DNA of 64,000 bases from the IMG/VR virus record IMGVR_UViG_3300024346_007254, positions 1-64,000 of that record; one strand, written 5' to 3'. The position numbers were made by a program, and so were the translations under genes. Origin of the DNA: a virus. Of this stretch, positions 36,677-46,492 are shown piece after piece (position 1 is the first letter of the stretch; every line of letters begins with the position of its first letter). Below the pieces are notes generated by a model. That model was given only the letters and a program-made list of their open reading frames with translations. It made no database searches and was not told where the DNA came from.

Positions 36677-38050
36677 TTGGAGTTGATAGATTTGTTTTCA
36701 GAATGGTTTGGCGGAATATTTTTTCGTGCTAGGGGAAAACTATCCCCTAAGTTAGTTTTACAGGATGGCACTCTAATCGTAAATCCTGATGTACAAAAGT
36801 ACGATGTCTTAAGAGAATTGCTTGAGGAATCGCAGTTAAAGTTCGAAGACCGCCCGATGATATTGTATAACGGTACGCATAACATTCATCACCTAGACAA
36901 GTTGTTTGTTACAGATCATTATCGCAAAGTATTACAAAATAATCAAGTTGCTGTGTACTTTTTTGAACCATTAACACACTACGATCCTAGTGACGGGTCG
37001 CATCCGCACATTATAAAAATTGATAATGCAGATAACGAGATCGAGCAGGTAAGATGTCACGAACTTGATAGTTTACAGGAATGGGCAACTGCCAACGAGA
37101 TTAACGATATATGTGTTTATTGTACTGATTACAAATCATGGGAATATTATCAACCCTTGTACCCAAAACTAAAGCTATTTTCATTTGATCTGTTTGTTTC
37201 TTGGTATGTTGATCGTGCTACATTATTTGAAAAAAGACATCCATCTGGGCCATTGCCACAAAAACTATATGCTGATAAAATTATAAAAAAATTCTGGTCA
37301 GGTGCTTGGCGATACGAACCTTATAGAAACTTTATATCAGCATACTTAGCCGGGCGTGGAATTGCACAGGAAAGCCACGTGAGTTTTTATTTTAAGGTTC
37401 CAAATCGTGAATTGAGAGATAGGCTTTGGTTTGACTGGGAAACGTTTCATAAAAAGCATCCTATGGTTGCAAATACTGTTATGCAAGGAAATCAGATATT
37501 GCAAGAAATTGTTCCATTGTCAATTGAAGTTGAAAACCCAAAAGCTCTAGACGAAAGTAGAAACGATCCTGAAATTTGCACCAATGGAGAATTTAATATA
37601 AGAGGAGATCAAAATCCGGTTAAGTCATATAAAGAATCGTTTTGTGTTATTATACAAGAATCAAGGTTTAGTCAGCCATGGCCAAATATTAGTGAAAAAA
37701 CTCTCAATGCAATAATCAATCAACGACCTTTTATTATGTGCGGGCCGCCGGGCACGTTGCATATGCTAAGAGAAATGGGGTTTCAAACATTTGACGGTTA
37801 CTGGCCAGAAGATTATGATGAGATTGTATCAAATCAAGATCGATTAGCAAGAATATGCGAAGTTATTGATTACGTTAATTCTTTTAGTATTGATGATTTA
37901 AAACAAGTATACGGTAATATGCAGTCTATTTTGTTTCATAATAACGAAAAGATTAAAGACGTAAATAATTTTTATTTTAATCTAAATGACAACCTTAAGA
38001 GAAATTTTCAAGATATAAAAGATCAGCCCAATAATCGTGGGCTGCTTTAG
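36677..38050 (+). CDS. GT10-like protein (paralogue of 32425-33486), start uncertain
   Basis: VIIQES..NISEKT..QRPFIMCG..LREMGFQTF..YD. Confidence 0.45.
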   Translation: MELIDLFSEWFGGIFFRARGKLSPKLVLQDGTLIVNPDVQKYDVLRELLEESQLKFEDRPMILYNGTHNIHHLDKLFVTDHYRKVLQNNQVAVYFFEPLTHYDPSDGSHPHIIKIDNADNEIEQVRCHELDSLQEWATANEINDICVYCTDYKSWEYYQPLYPKLKLFSFDLFVSWYVDRATLFEKRHPSGPLPQKLYADKIIKKFWSGAWRYEPYRNFISAYLAGRGIAQESHVSFYFKVPNRELRDRLWFDWETFHKKHPMVANTVMQGNQILQEIVPLSIEVENPKALDESRNDPEICTNGEFNIRGDQNPVKSYKESFCVIIQESRFSQPWPNISEKTLNAIINQRPFIMCGPPGTLHMLREMGFQTFDGYWPEDYDEIVSNQDRLARICEVIDYVNSFSIDDLKQVYGNMQSILFHNNEKIKDVNNFYFNLNDNLKRNFQDIKDQPNNRGLL

Positions 38051-38762
38051 TATGGTGCCAATATTCTTGTCCGTCGACACTAAACCCCTGATCCAAGCAA
38101 TGTTCAAAGAATGATAACTTACTATTGTTGTATCCAATAAATCTTTCTTTAATAATCTTATTCTGATAATATTCATAACGAGCACCGGTTGCACACGATT
38201 GAAATGCATTTTTAAAAATAAAAGGAAATCTGTTTGCTTCAAGTATTGTTTGCAAATTAATGATATTTAAATATCGATTAACTTCCCAATGCTCATTACT
38301 AATAAACATCGACTTCGATAATGTTTTAGCATTCCTTCTTAAATTGCTTGGAAAAACAGGAGCATAATGGTCCGGATGTATGTGTCCAACATTTCTGTCC
38401 GCTACATAAGGAAGAAATTGCCAATAGTTGTCAGTTTTAGAATGATCAAAAAATATTTCAGATCTACTGCTTCCTGTCCAGTGTATTAAGTATAAAGTAC
38501 GCTTGGCCATTGCGGCATGATCTAACATCCACATTGACGTAGTACGATTTATATAATCATTACTTGCACCCGGGAGTGCAAGGTTAGTGTATACAACACC
38601 TAGTTTTCTAGCTAACTGTGCTCCAAAGCAATTGTCGCGATTATAGTTGCCTTCGCCAATGCCCGAGCCTTCAATTTCGCTGCCGGCGGTATGGCTACAT
38701 CCATTAATTAAAATATGCTCAAAGTCATATTTTTTCTTTCGGAATGATAATATCTGTGCCAC
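37995..38762 (-). CDS. SGNH-like hydrolase or acyltransferase (G-C-S)
   Basis: INGCSHTAG, NLALPGASN, HWT...R, YWHH...H. Confidence 0.65.
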   Translation of the reverse strand: MAQILSFRKKKYDFEHILINGCSHTAGSEIEGSGIGEGNYNRDNCFGAQLARKLGVVYTNLALPGASNDYINRTTSMWMLDHAAMAKRTLYLIHWTGSSRSEIFFDHSKTDNYWQFLPYVADRNVGHIHPDHYAPVFPSNLRRNAKTLSKSMFISNEHWEVNRYLNIINLQTILEANRFPFIFKNAFQSCATGARYEYYQNKIIKERFIGYNNSKLSFFEHCLDQGFSVDGQEYWHHTKAAHDYWADLLYLENFS

Positions 38763-39690
38763 AGTGACAATGCTCCTTACTACAAATTACAGGCTTAAGA
38801 TTAAGTTTTAGATCTTTGTCTAAAATGTTTCCGTGTCTATTTCCAACTCCGCAACTAGCACTGCTTATTTGTCCAATTGGGTTGATGAACAAAGCGTCAT
38901 CAACTGAACACTTCCATCCTTTAAAAAAATTCTGTCTTGCTGCTATTATTTCATTACTATTTACCGGACGAGTTGTACCGTTATTATAATGTGCAATACT
39001 GATTGCTTTATTAGTTCTATGCGGCTTGGGTATACGCATTACTGTTTCAAATTGTGCTTCTGCAAGAAACTTTTCTTTAGCAGGATCTTTGTATTTCCAT
39101 GGACCTGCATTAACGCTCATTTCATCAAACAAAGGTGTCCATTCTAAATTGTAGTTTGGTACTTCTTGTCTTACACGTTCGCCAAAATCAACTACCTCCC
39201 AAAAACGCTCTTCGTGCATTAACATTTTTGTGCATAGATAATCTACCTTATCGCATAAAAATTGTGCATTTTCAATGTATCTATCTTTTTTACAAAACTC
39301 AACGTGAAAGCTTGCTACAATATCATCAAACAAATGATAGTGCTGTTCCCAATATTTTAGTGGTCTTGACAAATTGGTATTAATTGCTACTGTTAACTTG
39401 TCGCCCATTTGTTCTTTTAAATATTCAGTGAGTGGAATAAAGTTTTCCCAATATGCAGGTTCGCCGCCACTAAGAAAAATCTTAAAATATCGATACCCCC
39501 TGTCCTCGTATTGACGGAATATATCCATTACATTTTTCTTGTATAAATCTAGGTTGCCGTTGTTTTTGCTGTCGCCTGCCCAATTGCCTGGATTGCAATA
39601 ACTGCATTGAAAATTGCAGAAGTTATTCACTTGCCATGTTATGCTAAGGTACGGTTCGGCCATTGGAGTTATTTTAGTTAGTTTATTCAT
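38725..39690 (-). CDS. Radical SAM protein, type A
   Basis: WQVNNFCNFQCSYC, SGGEP, ASFH, WKC..ASC..CSKEHCHCGTD. Confidence 0.9.
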   Translation of the reverse strand: MNKLTKITPMAEPYLSITWQVNNFCNFQCSYCNPGNWAGDSKNNGNLDLYKKNVMDIFRQYEDRGYRYFKIFLSGGEPAYWENFIPLTEYLKEQMGDKLTVAINTNLSRPLKYWEQHYHLFDDIVASFHVEFCKKDRYIENAQFLCDKVDYLCTKMLMHEERFWEVVDFGERVRQEVPNYNLEWTPLFDEMSVNAGPWKYKDPAKEKFLAEAQFETVMRIPKPHRTNKAISIAHYNNGTTRPVNSNEIIAARQNFFKGWKCSVDDALFINPIGQISSASCGVGNRHGNILDKDLKLNLKPVICSKEHCHCGTDIIIPKEKI

Positions 39691-40273
39691 TTATTAATTT
39701 AAACAATCTTTTTGCAAATATATCATGGGTTCTTTTATTAGGGTGTCCATCTTTTAACGCTTTGTAATAACCAAATTTTTTAAAAACAATATCTATATTT
39801 ACATTGTTCCAGCTTGGTGGATTTTTAATTATTAATTTATTATATGTATGCAAACTATTAATTGTTTGGCTAACTCTATTTTTTAAAAAGTAATTAGCTA
39901 AGTTAGCATTCATAAAAAAATCTAAACAATCATCGTAGTCGTTTTGATACTTAGCAAAAAACCTCTGCCATACTTCTTCTTCTTGCCAGGAAGCTAGTTG
40001 TTCCCAATAGCGTCCATTCCAGACTCCTCTACGAGAAGGAATGGACCAATTTATTACAACAATGTCTGTTTTTCTAAACTCTGTTTCAAGTACTGTTGCT
40101 GTTATTTGCTTAGAAGATGCTCCGGTATCGGACCTATTAAGTTCTTCTCTTCCAAGCATATTTGATAACGTAGTAGAGAATCCAAGCTTGCTAGGAGGAT
40201 CATTGACTGTTAAGCAGTCATCTAATTCTAATCCATATACGTGACTGCATCCAAATGTAACTAATCTAGGCAT
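39683..40273 (-). CDS. SGNH-like hydrolase or acyltransferase (G-C-S)
   Basis: TFGCSHVYG, N.S.TGAS, NWS..SR, DGHP. Confidence 0.7.
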   Translation of the reverse strand: MPRLVTFGCSHVYGLELDDCLTVNDPPSKLGFSTTLSNMLGREELNRSDTGASSKQITATVLETEFRKTDIVVINWSIPSRRGVWNGRYWEQLASWQEEEVWQRFFAKYQNDYDDCLDFFMNANLANYFLKNRVSQTINSLHTYNKLIIKNPPSWNNVNIDIVFKKFGYYKALKDGHPNKRTHDIFAKRLFKLINE

Positions 40274-41549
40274 ATTTGCGTAACCAAGTCATTTCCGGAT
40301 AAACGGACCAAAAGTCCTCTTTACGATGAATGTCCAATCTATGATTATTATCAAAAAACTGCTTGAGTTTGGCCTCATCTAATTTGCCAGTATTCATAAA
40401 TTGTATAACGCTATCAATTTTTCCAATTACATCCTTAATTACTTCCGGACGTGCTTCTGCACGTTCTTTAATCTTGTCAAATGCCCATGCTTTATAATCG
40501 ATATATTTTGATCTTAATTCTATTTTAATATCTTCCGGTATGTTATCAATTCGCATAAAATCAGGATCGGTAAGGATATTCAGTCTACAATTTTCAATAT
40601 CTACTAACCCACGTTCTACCCAATCCATATGAAAATCTGGCCAATTCCATGCATTGTATAAACTAATAGTCGGCGTTAATTCAAAGTGTACATGAGGCAC
40701 TTTCTCAAGCATTTCAATTCTGTTACGTTCAATTTGATTCCAGTCGGTGCCATTCCTGCTGTATTCAGCTCTTGTTCCATTGGAATCAAGACTACCGCTA
40801 ACTTGGATATCTTCAAATTCTTTCCAGTATTCGATTATTGACTTTTGTTTGTATTTAAAGTTACTAAAATTAGTAGTGTAACGTAACCGCACATCTTTTT
40901 TACCAGTTTCAATCCAATAATCAAGTATTTTGTAATGCTCGTCTGTAATAAGTGCTTCGCCGCCTGCCCAATACACTTCTTCGACATCGGGCAAATATTT
41001 TTGCAGATCTTCCCAAAAGTTGTTTTCTTTTGCAATATTAACTACAATCTTGCCATCGTTTTTTAACATACGAGCAAGTTCGTGTTCGCCGTACAAGTCT
41101 TTAAATTCTTTAGCATGTTGACTGCTAAGTTCTGGACCACAAGTATGACATTTCATGTTGCAAATATTTGAGAAGCGTATGTCTAAGTATGCCATGCGCA
41201 AATTATCAATACTTCCGTCGGCATTTGTATTTTCAACTAGATCAAAGTGTTTGTCACCAAACCATTGATTATGATTCTTGCGCAACGTCCAAGTATTTGA
41301 TCGATTTTCTAGTTCGTAGCAACGTTTGCATACATCACGCTTTTCTCCGTTAAGCATTGCTAGTCGAAGATCCTTGTATTCGTCACTATTCCATACTTCA
41401 GCAATGCTTTTATTTTTTACATTGCCAAACGGCTTATCCGAATCAGCAATACAACAAGGCATTGCATTGCCGTTTGGCCAAACGTGCATGTGAACCCACG
41501 GTAAAATGCAGAATGCTTTATTCTGTGTTAATAACTCTTTTTTATCCAT
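40266..41549 (-). CDS. Radical SAM protein, type C
   Basis: FCILPWVH..PCC..CKRCYELE, DIRFSNICNMKCHTC, AGGEA. Confidence 0.9.
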   Translation of the reverse strand: MDKKELLTQNKAFCILPWVHMHVWPNGNAMPCCIADSDKPFGNVKNKSIAEVWNSDEYKDLRLAMLNGEKRDVCKRCYELENRSNTWTLRKNHNQWFGDKHFDLVENTNADGSIDNLRMAYLDIRFSNICNMKCHTCGPELSSQHAKEFKDLYGEHELARMLKNDGKIVVNIAKENNFWEDLQKYLPDVEEVYWAGGEALITDEHYKILDYWIETGKKDVRLRYTTNFSNFKYKQKSIIEYWKEFEDIQVSGSLDSNGTRAEYSRNGTDWNQIERNRIEMLEKVPHVHFELTPTISLYNAWNWPDFHMDWVERGLVDIENCRLNILTDPDFMRIDNIPEDIKIELRSKYIDYKAWAFDKIKERAEARPEVIKDVIGKIDSVIQFMNTGKLDEAKLKQFFDNNHRLDIHRKEDFWSVYPEMTWLRKYA

Positions 41550-42768
41550 TTAACATTACAGCCAATTCAGGAAATACTTTAGCGAAATCTTCGTTGCGTA
41601 TTTTATCTCTTCGGTGCGTATGATGCAAAAATTGCTCTTTTTGGTCATGCCATTGATCTTGCTGGGTAGTAAAAGTTATTGCATCGCGTACATGCATAGC
41701 TTGATACCAATCGTGCTCAATCATATAACTGTGAAGGTCGATTAACTTTTCCGTACCTATAACTTTTAAATGTGTTGGTAGTATTGTTGAAGCATAGTAT
41801 TCCGGAGTCAACGCTCTATAGATACTTATCATGTCCTTTTTTCGTAGTAAGTCTTTATCCATCATGTACTGGAAAAAGTCCGAAAGTGTAACATAATTAA
41901 AAACACTCAAAACTGTGTTATATTGGTAGTCAATGTAATCCAGGTCGCGTATGCTTTTTAGATTGCTTTCAACAACACCCCAATCAGTGCCGTGCCTTAT
42001 GTATTCGGCGCGTTCGCCGTAATGATCAATGCTTGCACTAATTTCAACACGCTTAAATCTGCTCCACAAATCAAGTATGTTGTGCTTCTTGTATTTGAGG
42101 TTGCTCATATTAGTATTGTAGCGCAATGTAATTTCACTGTTTCTACCAGTGCGAATCATTTCTTCTAATATGATATAATGCTCTTCTGTAATAAGAGGTT
42201 CTCCGCCAGCAAAATATGCAAGTTCCATGTGCGGGACTTGCGACTTTATTTCGTCTAATAATTTGCCTGTATTATCTGCATGATTAATAACACGATATCC
42301 GGTTTCAACGTTATCATGTTGCTTCATTTCTTGTGCCCATTGACTGCTAAATTCAGAGCCACAAGTACGACACTTCATATTGCAAATATTACTAAATCTT
42401 ACATCGAAATATTTCATACGGAATTCTGGTAAAGATCCGTCTGTGCTTGTTGGGGTTACAAGTTCATCAAAGTCCTTGCCAAAATGCTCTAGGCTATATT
42501 TTCTAAAACTGAAAGGTGAGCTTTCTTCATGCTTGTAGCAATATGTGCATATGCTGCTTTCTTTGCCAGCAAGCATATCAAGTCGCAATTGCTTCATTTT
42601 GTCATTGTTAAAAATGTCTTTTAAGCTTGCATCCTTAACGTTAGCAAACGGCTCAGTATAATCACTGCTACAACACGGATACACGTTTCCTAGAGGAGTC
42701 ACATTTAAGTGCATCCACGGAAACATGCAAAAAGTTTTACTATCAGTTAGTAATTGTTTTTTATCCAT
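41542..42768 (-). CDS. Radical SAM protein, type C
   Basis: FCMFPWMH..PCC..CTYCYKHE, DVRFSNICNMKCRTC, AGGEP. Tandem paralogue of 40266-41549. Confidence 0.9.
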   Translation of the reverse strand: MDKKQLLTDSKTFCMFPWMHLNVTPLGNVYPCCSSDYTEPFANVKDASLKDIFNNDKMKQLRLDMLAGKESSICTYCYKHEESSPFSFRKYSLEHFGKDFDELVTPTSTDGSLPEFRMKYFDVRFSNICNMKCRTCGSEFSSQWAQEMKQHDNVETGYRVINHADNTGKLLDEIKSQVPHMELAYFAGGEPLITEEHYIILEEMIRTGRNSEITLRYNTNMSNLKYKKHNILDLWSRFKRVEISASIDHYGERAEYIRHGTDWGVVESNLKSIRDLDYIDYQYNTVLSVFNYVTLSDFFQYMMDKDLLRKKDMISIYRALTPEYYASTILPTHLKVIGTEKLIDLHSYMIEHDWYQAMHVRDAITFTTQQDQWHDQKEQFLHHTHRRDKIRNEDFAKVFPELAVMLNG

Positions 42769-44143
42769 TTGCTTCTTTGCGGCAAAGTTCAAAGAATTCT
42801 GTCATTTCTGGAAAAGTAGCTTCGAAATCATTGCCACGTCTGCGATCTTGTTCCTTAAAATAGTTCCAAAAATCTCGGCGGCCTTCCATTAGCTTATTTT
42901 CGTCATATGTTGTGTTCTTCATGTAGTCAACTACACGACGGAATTTTTCATATTCAATTTCAGAAAAATGTACCTTACTCCCTTCCTGCATATTATCTTT
43001 AATAAATTGTAGATGACTTTCCATGTAAGGAATGTAATCTTCTTTTGGAAGAATATTTATGTCGTATTGCAACGGTTCTTTTAAATAAGGTGTATCAAAG
43101 TGAATGCGCTGCCAACGGCCACTATTTATATCGTTGTATTTCTGCCTCCATTCGAGTATCTTTTCAAGAAGTGTTTGGAAAGTTGTTACAGAGAACAGAT
43201 TGAAAGTAATCATAAACGTAACCGGTGCAGTTGTATTTGTTAAAAAGTAGTCAAGATTTCTTTCAAAAACTTCAAGGTCAAGTCCGTCGCGAATATATTC
43301 AGCACGTTCATTCCAAGTATCTACGCTAGTAAACAGTTTGAAGTGCTTAATTTTGTTTTGCGATATAAGACTGTTAACGCCGTCAGTAAACTTTTCTAGC
43401 TGCTTTTCTTTACCACCTAAATTGCTGTTAACATTTAATTCAAGGTTTGGCTTAGGCTCTTTTTCGAGCTCTTCGAACAGTCTATATGTGCTTTTTTGTA
43501 TTGTAGGTTCGCCGCCTGTTACACGCAGGATATTAAGCGTTTTGCTAACTTCCGGCCACCATTTCCACCATGCGCGAACGTAGGGGTTTGTTTCTTCTTC
43601 GTATACTTTAAACCAGTCTACATCACAGCGGTGATTTTTAGACATATCGTACGGTCCGTGCTGACGTATTTCAGCATGATAGCGACTGCTTGCTTTAGGG
43701 TGACAATATCCGCATCTAAAATTACATTCGTTTCCAAAGCTAACTTCAATATACTCAGGGTTCACGTCAAAGTCCCAAGGATTAAATTTAATCTCTTTTA
43801 GGCGATCTTCGCTGTGTATTGAGGCGCTGCGTATGTGCCTGTCACTAACATAGTCTTTGCCCATGTTTTCAATGTTCCAGCAATACTGACAACCTTCAGG
43901 CTGCTTACCTTCTAGCATCATTTTGCGCTCTAGCTTTTTATGCTTGGTATTATGCAACGCGCTCGGATTAGTTAACAGTTCATCAACATCAATTTTATGA
44001 GGTGCTGGATGATAGCAACTATGAGTTTCACCTGTCTGCAAATATATTGTAGTATGATACCATTTAGCATAGCAGAATGTAGGCGAAAAATGCCTATCTG
44101 TAATCTCATTTAGGTATTTGATTTTATCTGTTTGAAATGACAT
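42761..44143 (-). CDS. Radical SAM protein, type C variant (HSCYH replaces the CC motif)
   Basis: FCYAKW..HSCYHP..CQYCWNIE, CNFRCGYC, TGGEP. Confidence 0.9.
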   Translation of the reverse strand: MSFQTDKIKYLNEITDRHFSPTFCYAKWYHTTIYLQTGETHSCYHPAPHKIDVDELLTNPSALHNTKHKKLERKMMLEGKQPEGCQYCWNIENMGKDYVSDRHIRSASIHSEDRLKEIKFNPWDFDVNPEYIEVSFGNECNFRCGYCHPKASSRYHAEIRQHGPYDMSKNHRCDVDWFKVYEEETNPYVRAWWKWWPEVSKTLNILRVTGGEPTIQKSTYRLFEELEKEPKPNLELNVNSNLGGKEKQLEKFTDGVNSLISQNKIKHFKLFTSVDTWNERAEYIRDGLDLEVFERNLDYFLTNTTAPVTFMITFNLFSVTTFQTLLEKILEWRQKYNDINSGRWQRIHFDTPYLKEPLQYDINILPKEDYIPYMESHLQFIKDNMQEGSKVHFSEIEYEKFRRVVDYMKNTTYDENKLMEGRRDFWNYFKEQDRRRGNDFEATFPEMTEFFELCRKEANG

Positions 44144-45072
44144 TAAGTCTCTCTATCAATAAATTGCTGTCCGGCATTTCTTGCAGGATTTTGGTATACT
44201 GTTTTGAAGAACTTGCTTTGACCCGGATCAAGTGGATGTTCTGCAATTGGTAATTCCAGTTCATTAATGATCAATGAGCCCATTTCTTTAATCGAATAAA
44301 GCAAGCTATCTTCAGAAAGCCCACTTACGTTCTCATCCCAATACTTATTCAAATACTTAAAATCTCTTACATTAATAAAGTCCCAGTCTGTGCGCATCGT
44401 CTTGTACAAGCCTTCTCTTGCACCATAGATTGCCCACATGCCGTTTTCAACATCTGCACCTGCCATTAACCAAATATATAACCTGTGCATGTTTTTCCAA
44501 TGATTTTTTTGGAATGCTTCCAGAGATGGTTTTAGGCCTCTGTCAAGTGACATTTTTACACCCTCCCTAAAGCCGGCGCGCCATGCTTGCTGCGGAGTAG
44601 CGTTGTTAAAGATTTCACTATAACAGCTATTCATTTGAATATATTCAATGTCCCAACAAAAATCTACTTGTGCATGTGGATTGTTAGGATCGGCGTTTTC
44701 GTGTGTACGCATATTGAGTACGTATTCTTTTGGCCAACATTTTAAGCCACCGTTACCGTACATTAACCCGTTGATATGATTTTTAGCTGTCCAGCTAATG
44801 ACACATTTTTCAAGCTCTTTGTGTTCATCAAAGTCAAATTCCTTTGTTAAGAATTCTTGCTTGATAATATTGTCGCCGTCGACTGTTATAAATCTATCTG
44901 TCTCTGAAATTCTTGCACATTCTTTGTGGGCAGCATCACTACCTTCAATTCCGTGTACACGTTTTGCCCATGGAATTTTTTTGCAAAGATCTGCATAATT
45001 TTTTTCGGCATTAGGCTCGTCGTAAGACAGGTAGATAATGTCGTAGTCTAATACTCTAAAACTTTTACGCAT
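44143..45072 (-). CDS. GT-A fold glycosyltransferase
   Basis: YDIIYLSYDEPNA..RVHG..AH..TVDGDN (DxD), AWRAGFREGVK. Paralogue of the C-terminal domain of 14779-16077. Confidence 0.7.
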   Translation of the reverse strand: MRKSFRVLDYDIIYLSYDEPNAEKNYADLCKKIPWAKRVHGIEGSDAAHKECARISETDRFITVDGDNIIKQEFLTKEFDFDEHKELEKCVISWTAKNHINGLMYGNGGLKCWPKEYVLNMRTHENADPNNPHAQVDFCWDIEYIQMNSCYSEIFNNATPQQAWRAGFREGVKMSLDRGLKPSLEAFQKNHWKNMHRLYIWLMAGADVENGMWAIYGAREGLYKTMRTDWDFINVRDFKYLNKYWDENVSGLSEDSLLYSIKEMGSLIINELELPIAEHPLDPGQSKFFKTVYQNPARNAGQQFIDRET

Positions 45073-45649
45073 AAATTACCTCATGTTGATAAGACTCAAG
45101 TCTCTTTATAGTATATACGCTTAATGCGTTTGGGTCAAGCTCAATTTCGGTTTCGAAAGGTATTTTTACTGATTTATTTTCAACTAATTTGTTTAATTTT
45201 AAAATAACAACTCTTTCTAAAATATGAGGATCGTTATATTTGGTAATGCTAAACATTAGGGTCTTTTCTAACGATATTGACTTTTCTTTGAAATTTTCTC
45301 TTATACCTTCGTCGAGTATAATTTTCCATTCTTTATTTTCAATATCTTGTATTACCTTTATGTCGGCTCTTTGATCGTCTTTTCTTTTGATATAATGTAT
45401 CTGATTGTTAATGTCAAATACTACATCTTCGTCGTTGTATCTATGTTTAAGAACATACTTTTTGCTAACAGTATCAAAGATAACGTGATAATGGAACATT
45501 TGTTCTTTACCGCTTATCATTCCTGCAACTTCTTCATTGGACACTTGAATATAATTGCCCGTAACTGTGTTTCTGTTACTTACACTTAATATATTACCGT
45601 CGTCATCAAAGTAAACATACCTTCTTTGTGGTATTACTATTGTTTCCAT
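45065..45649 (-). CDS. Hypothetical protein
   Basis: Coupled ORF within the glycosyltransferase operon, no motif recognised. Confidence 0.7.
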   Translation of the reverse strand: METIVIPQRRYVYFDDDGNILSVSNRNTVTGNYIQVSNEEVAGMISGKEQMFHYHVIFDTVSKKYVLKHRYNDEDVVFDINNQIHYIKRKDDQRADIKVIQDIENKEWKIILDEGIRENFKEKSISLEKTLMFSITKYNDPHILERVVILKLNKLVENKSVKIPFETEIELDPNALSVYTIKRLESYQHEVIYA

Positions 45650-46492
45650 TTAAAGTCCTAAATAATTTTCGTATATTTTTATTATTTTGTCGTCGACAAA
45701 GTCTTTTTCAGTATAATGAAAAATTCCACGTTGTTTATAATTGCCAATTTTTAAATTCAAATCTCTGTCAAGATATACACCAACTTTATCCTGCCATCTG
45801 TCAGTTATTAACATCTTCCAATCTTGTGCATGGGTTTTCATATGCACAAAATATGGATAGCTAGTAGGACTAGTTATTTTGTCTTCGCATCCTAAGATTC
45901 TAGTAACAATAGCTGCACTCACATCAACACTGGGATATTTTTGAAAATACTTTCCGCCTGCGAACTGTCCGTAAAACAATTCCCAATTATTCATTACTAT
46001 CTCTAACCATTTGTAAAATTCGTGTGCTTCTTCACTTTTTTCAAAGTAATGAAATCCACTATACAAATCGGGCAAATTATGATTTCTAAACGCTTTTCTA
46101 TAATGCACACTAGTTAGTGGAGTGCCTCGATATGTTATCGTTTTAGTAGTAAAGAATACTTTTTTCTTTTGTAAAAAATCCCACCAATGACTAATGTCGT
46201 CAAGTACTAACATATCGGTATCAAGTACTATAGTTCTATCATACGGAGTAGCATGATAAATCTTCCAACGGTTCTCAACTTTCCAAAAAGAATTTGCTGC
46301 TTGGTCATCCCAAGGAATTGTAACTATGTCATCAAATACTTTTTTTTGTTTTTGAGAAACTGTGTCGTTTGATATTAATGCTATTTTAGAATTAGGATTT
46401 GATGCACGAATACTTAGAGCGCACAAATAAGCTTGCTCAACATAATCGTACTCACCGTTTTGCGCTAGTAAAGTAAAATTAATTGAGGTCAT
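45650..46492 (-). CDS. GT8-like glycosyltransferase
   Basis: YVEQAYLCALSI, TPYDRTIVLDTDML (DxD), FVHMK. Confidence 0.7.
   Translation of the reverse strand: MTSINFTLLAQNGEYDYVEQAYLCALSIRASNPNSKIALISNDTVSQKQKKVFDDIVTIPWDDQAANSFWKVENRWKIYHATPYDRTIVLDTDMLVLDDISHWWDFLQKKKVFFTTKTITYRGTPLTSVHYRKAFRNHNLPDLYSGFHYFEKSEEAHEFYKWLEIVMNNWELFYGQFAGGKYFQKYPSVDVSAAIVTRILGCEDKITSPTSYPYFVHMKTHAQDWKMLITDRWQDKVGVYLDRDLNLKIGNYKQRGIFHYTEKDFVDDKIIKIYENYLGL

Noticed and set aside
23817-36885. Long N-terminal extensions making apparent head-to-head gene overlaps (23817/24076, 33450, 34792, 36605/36885)
   Set aside because: Artefacts of longest-ORF calling. Downstream starts match the paralogue N-termini, promoter spacing and RBS positions
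7-39690. Type-A radical SAM proteins as viperin-like or MoaA enzymes
   Set aside because: The similarity is limited to the generic CNxxCxYC and GGEP motifs. They have Cys-rich C-termini unlike viperin and lack the MoaA C-terminal GG, so the call cannot be made without a search
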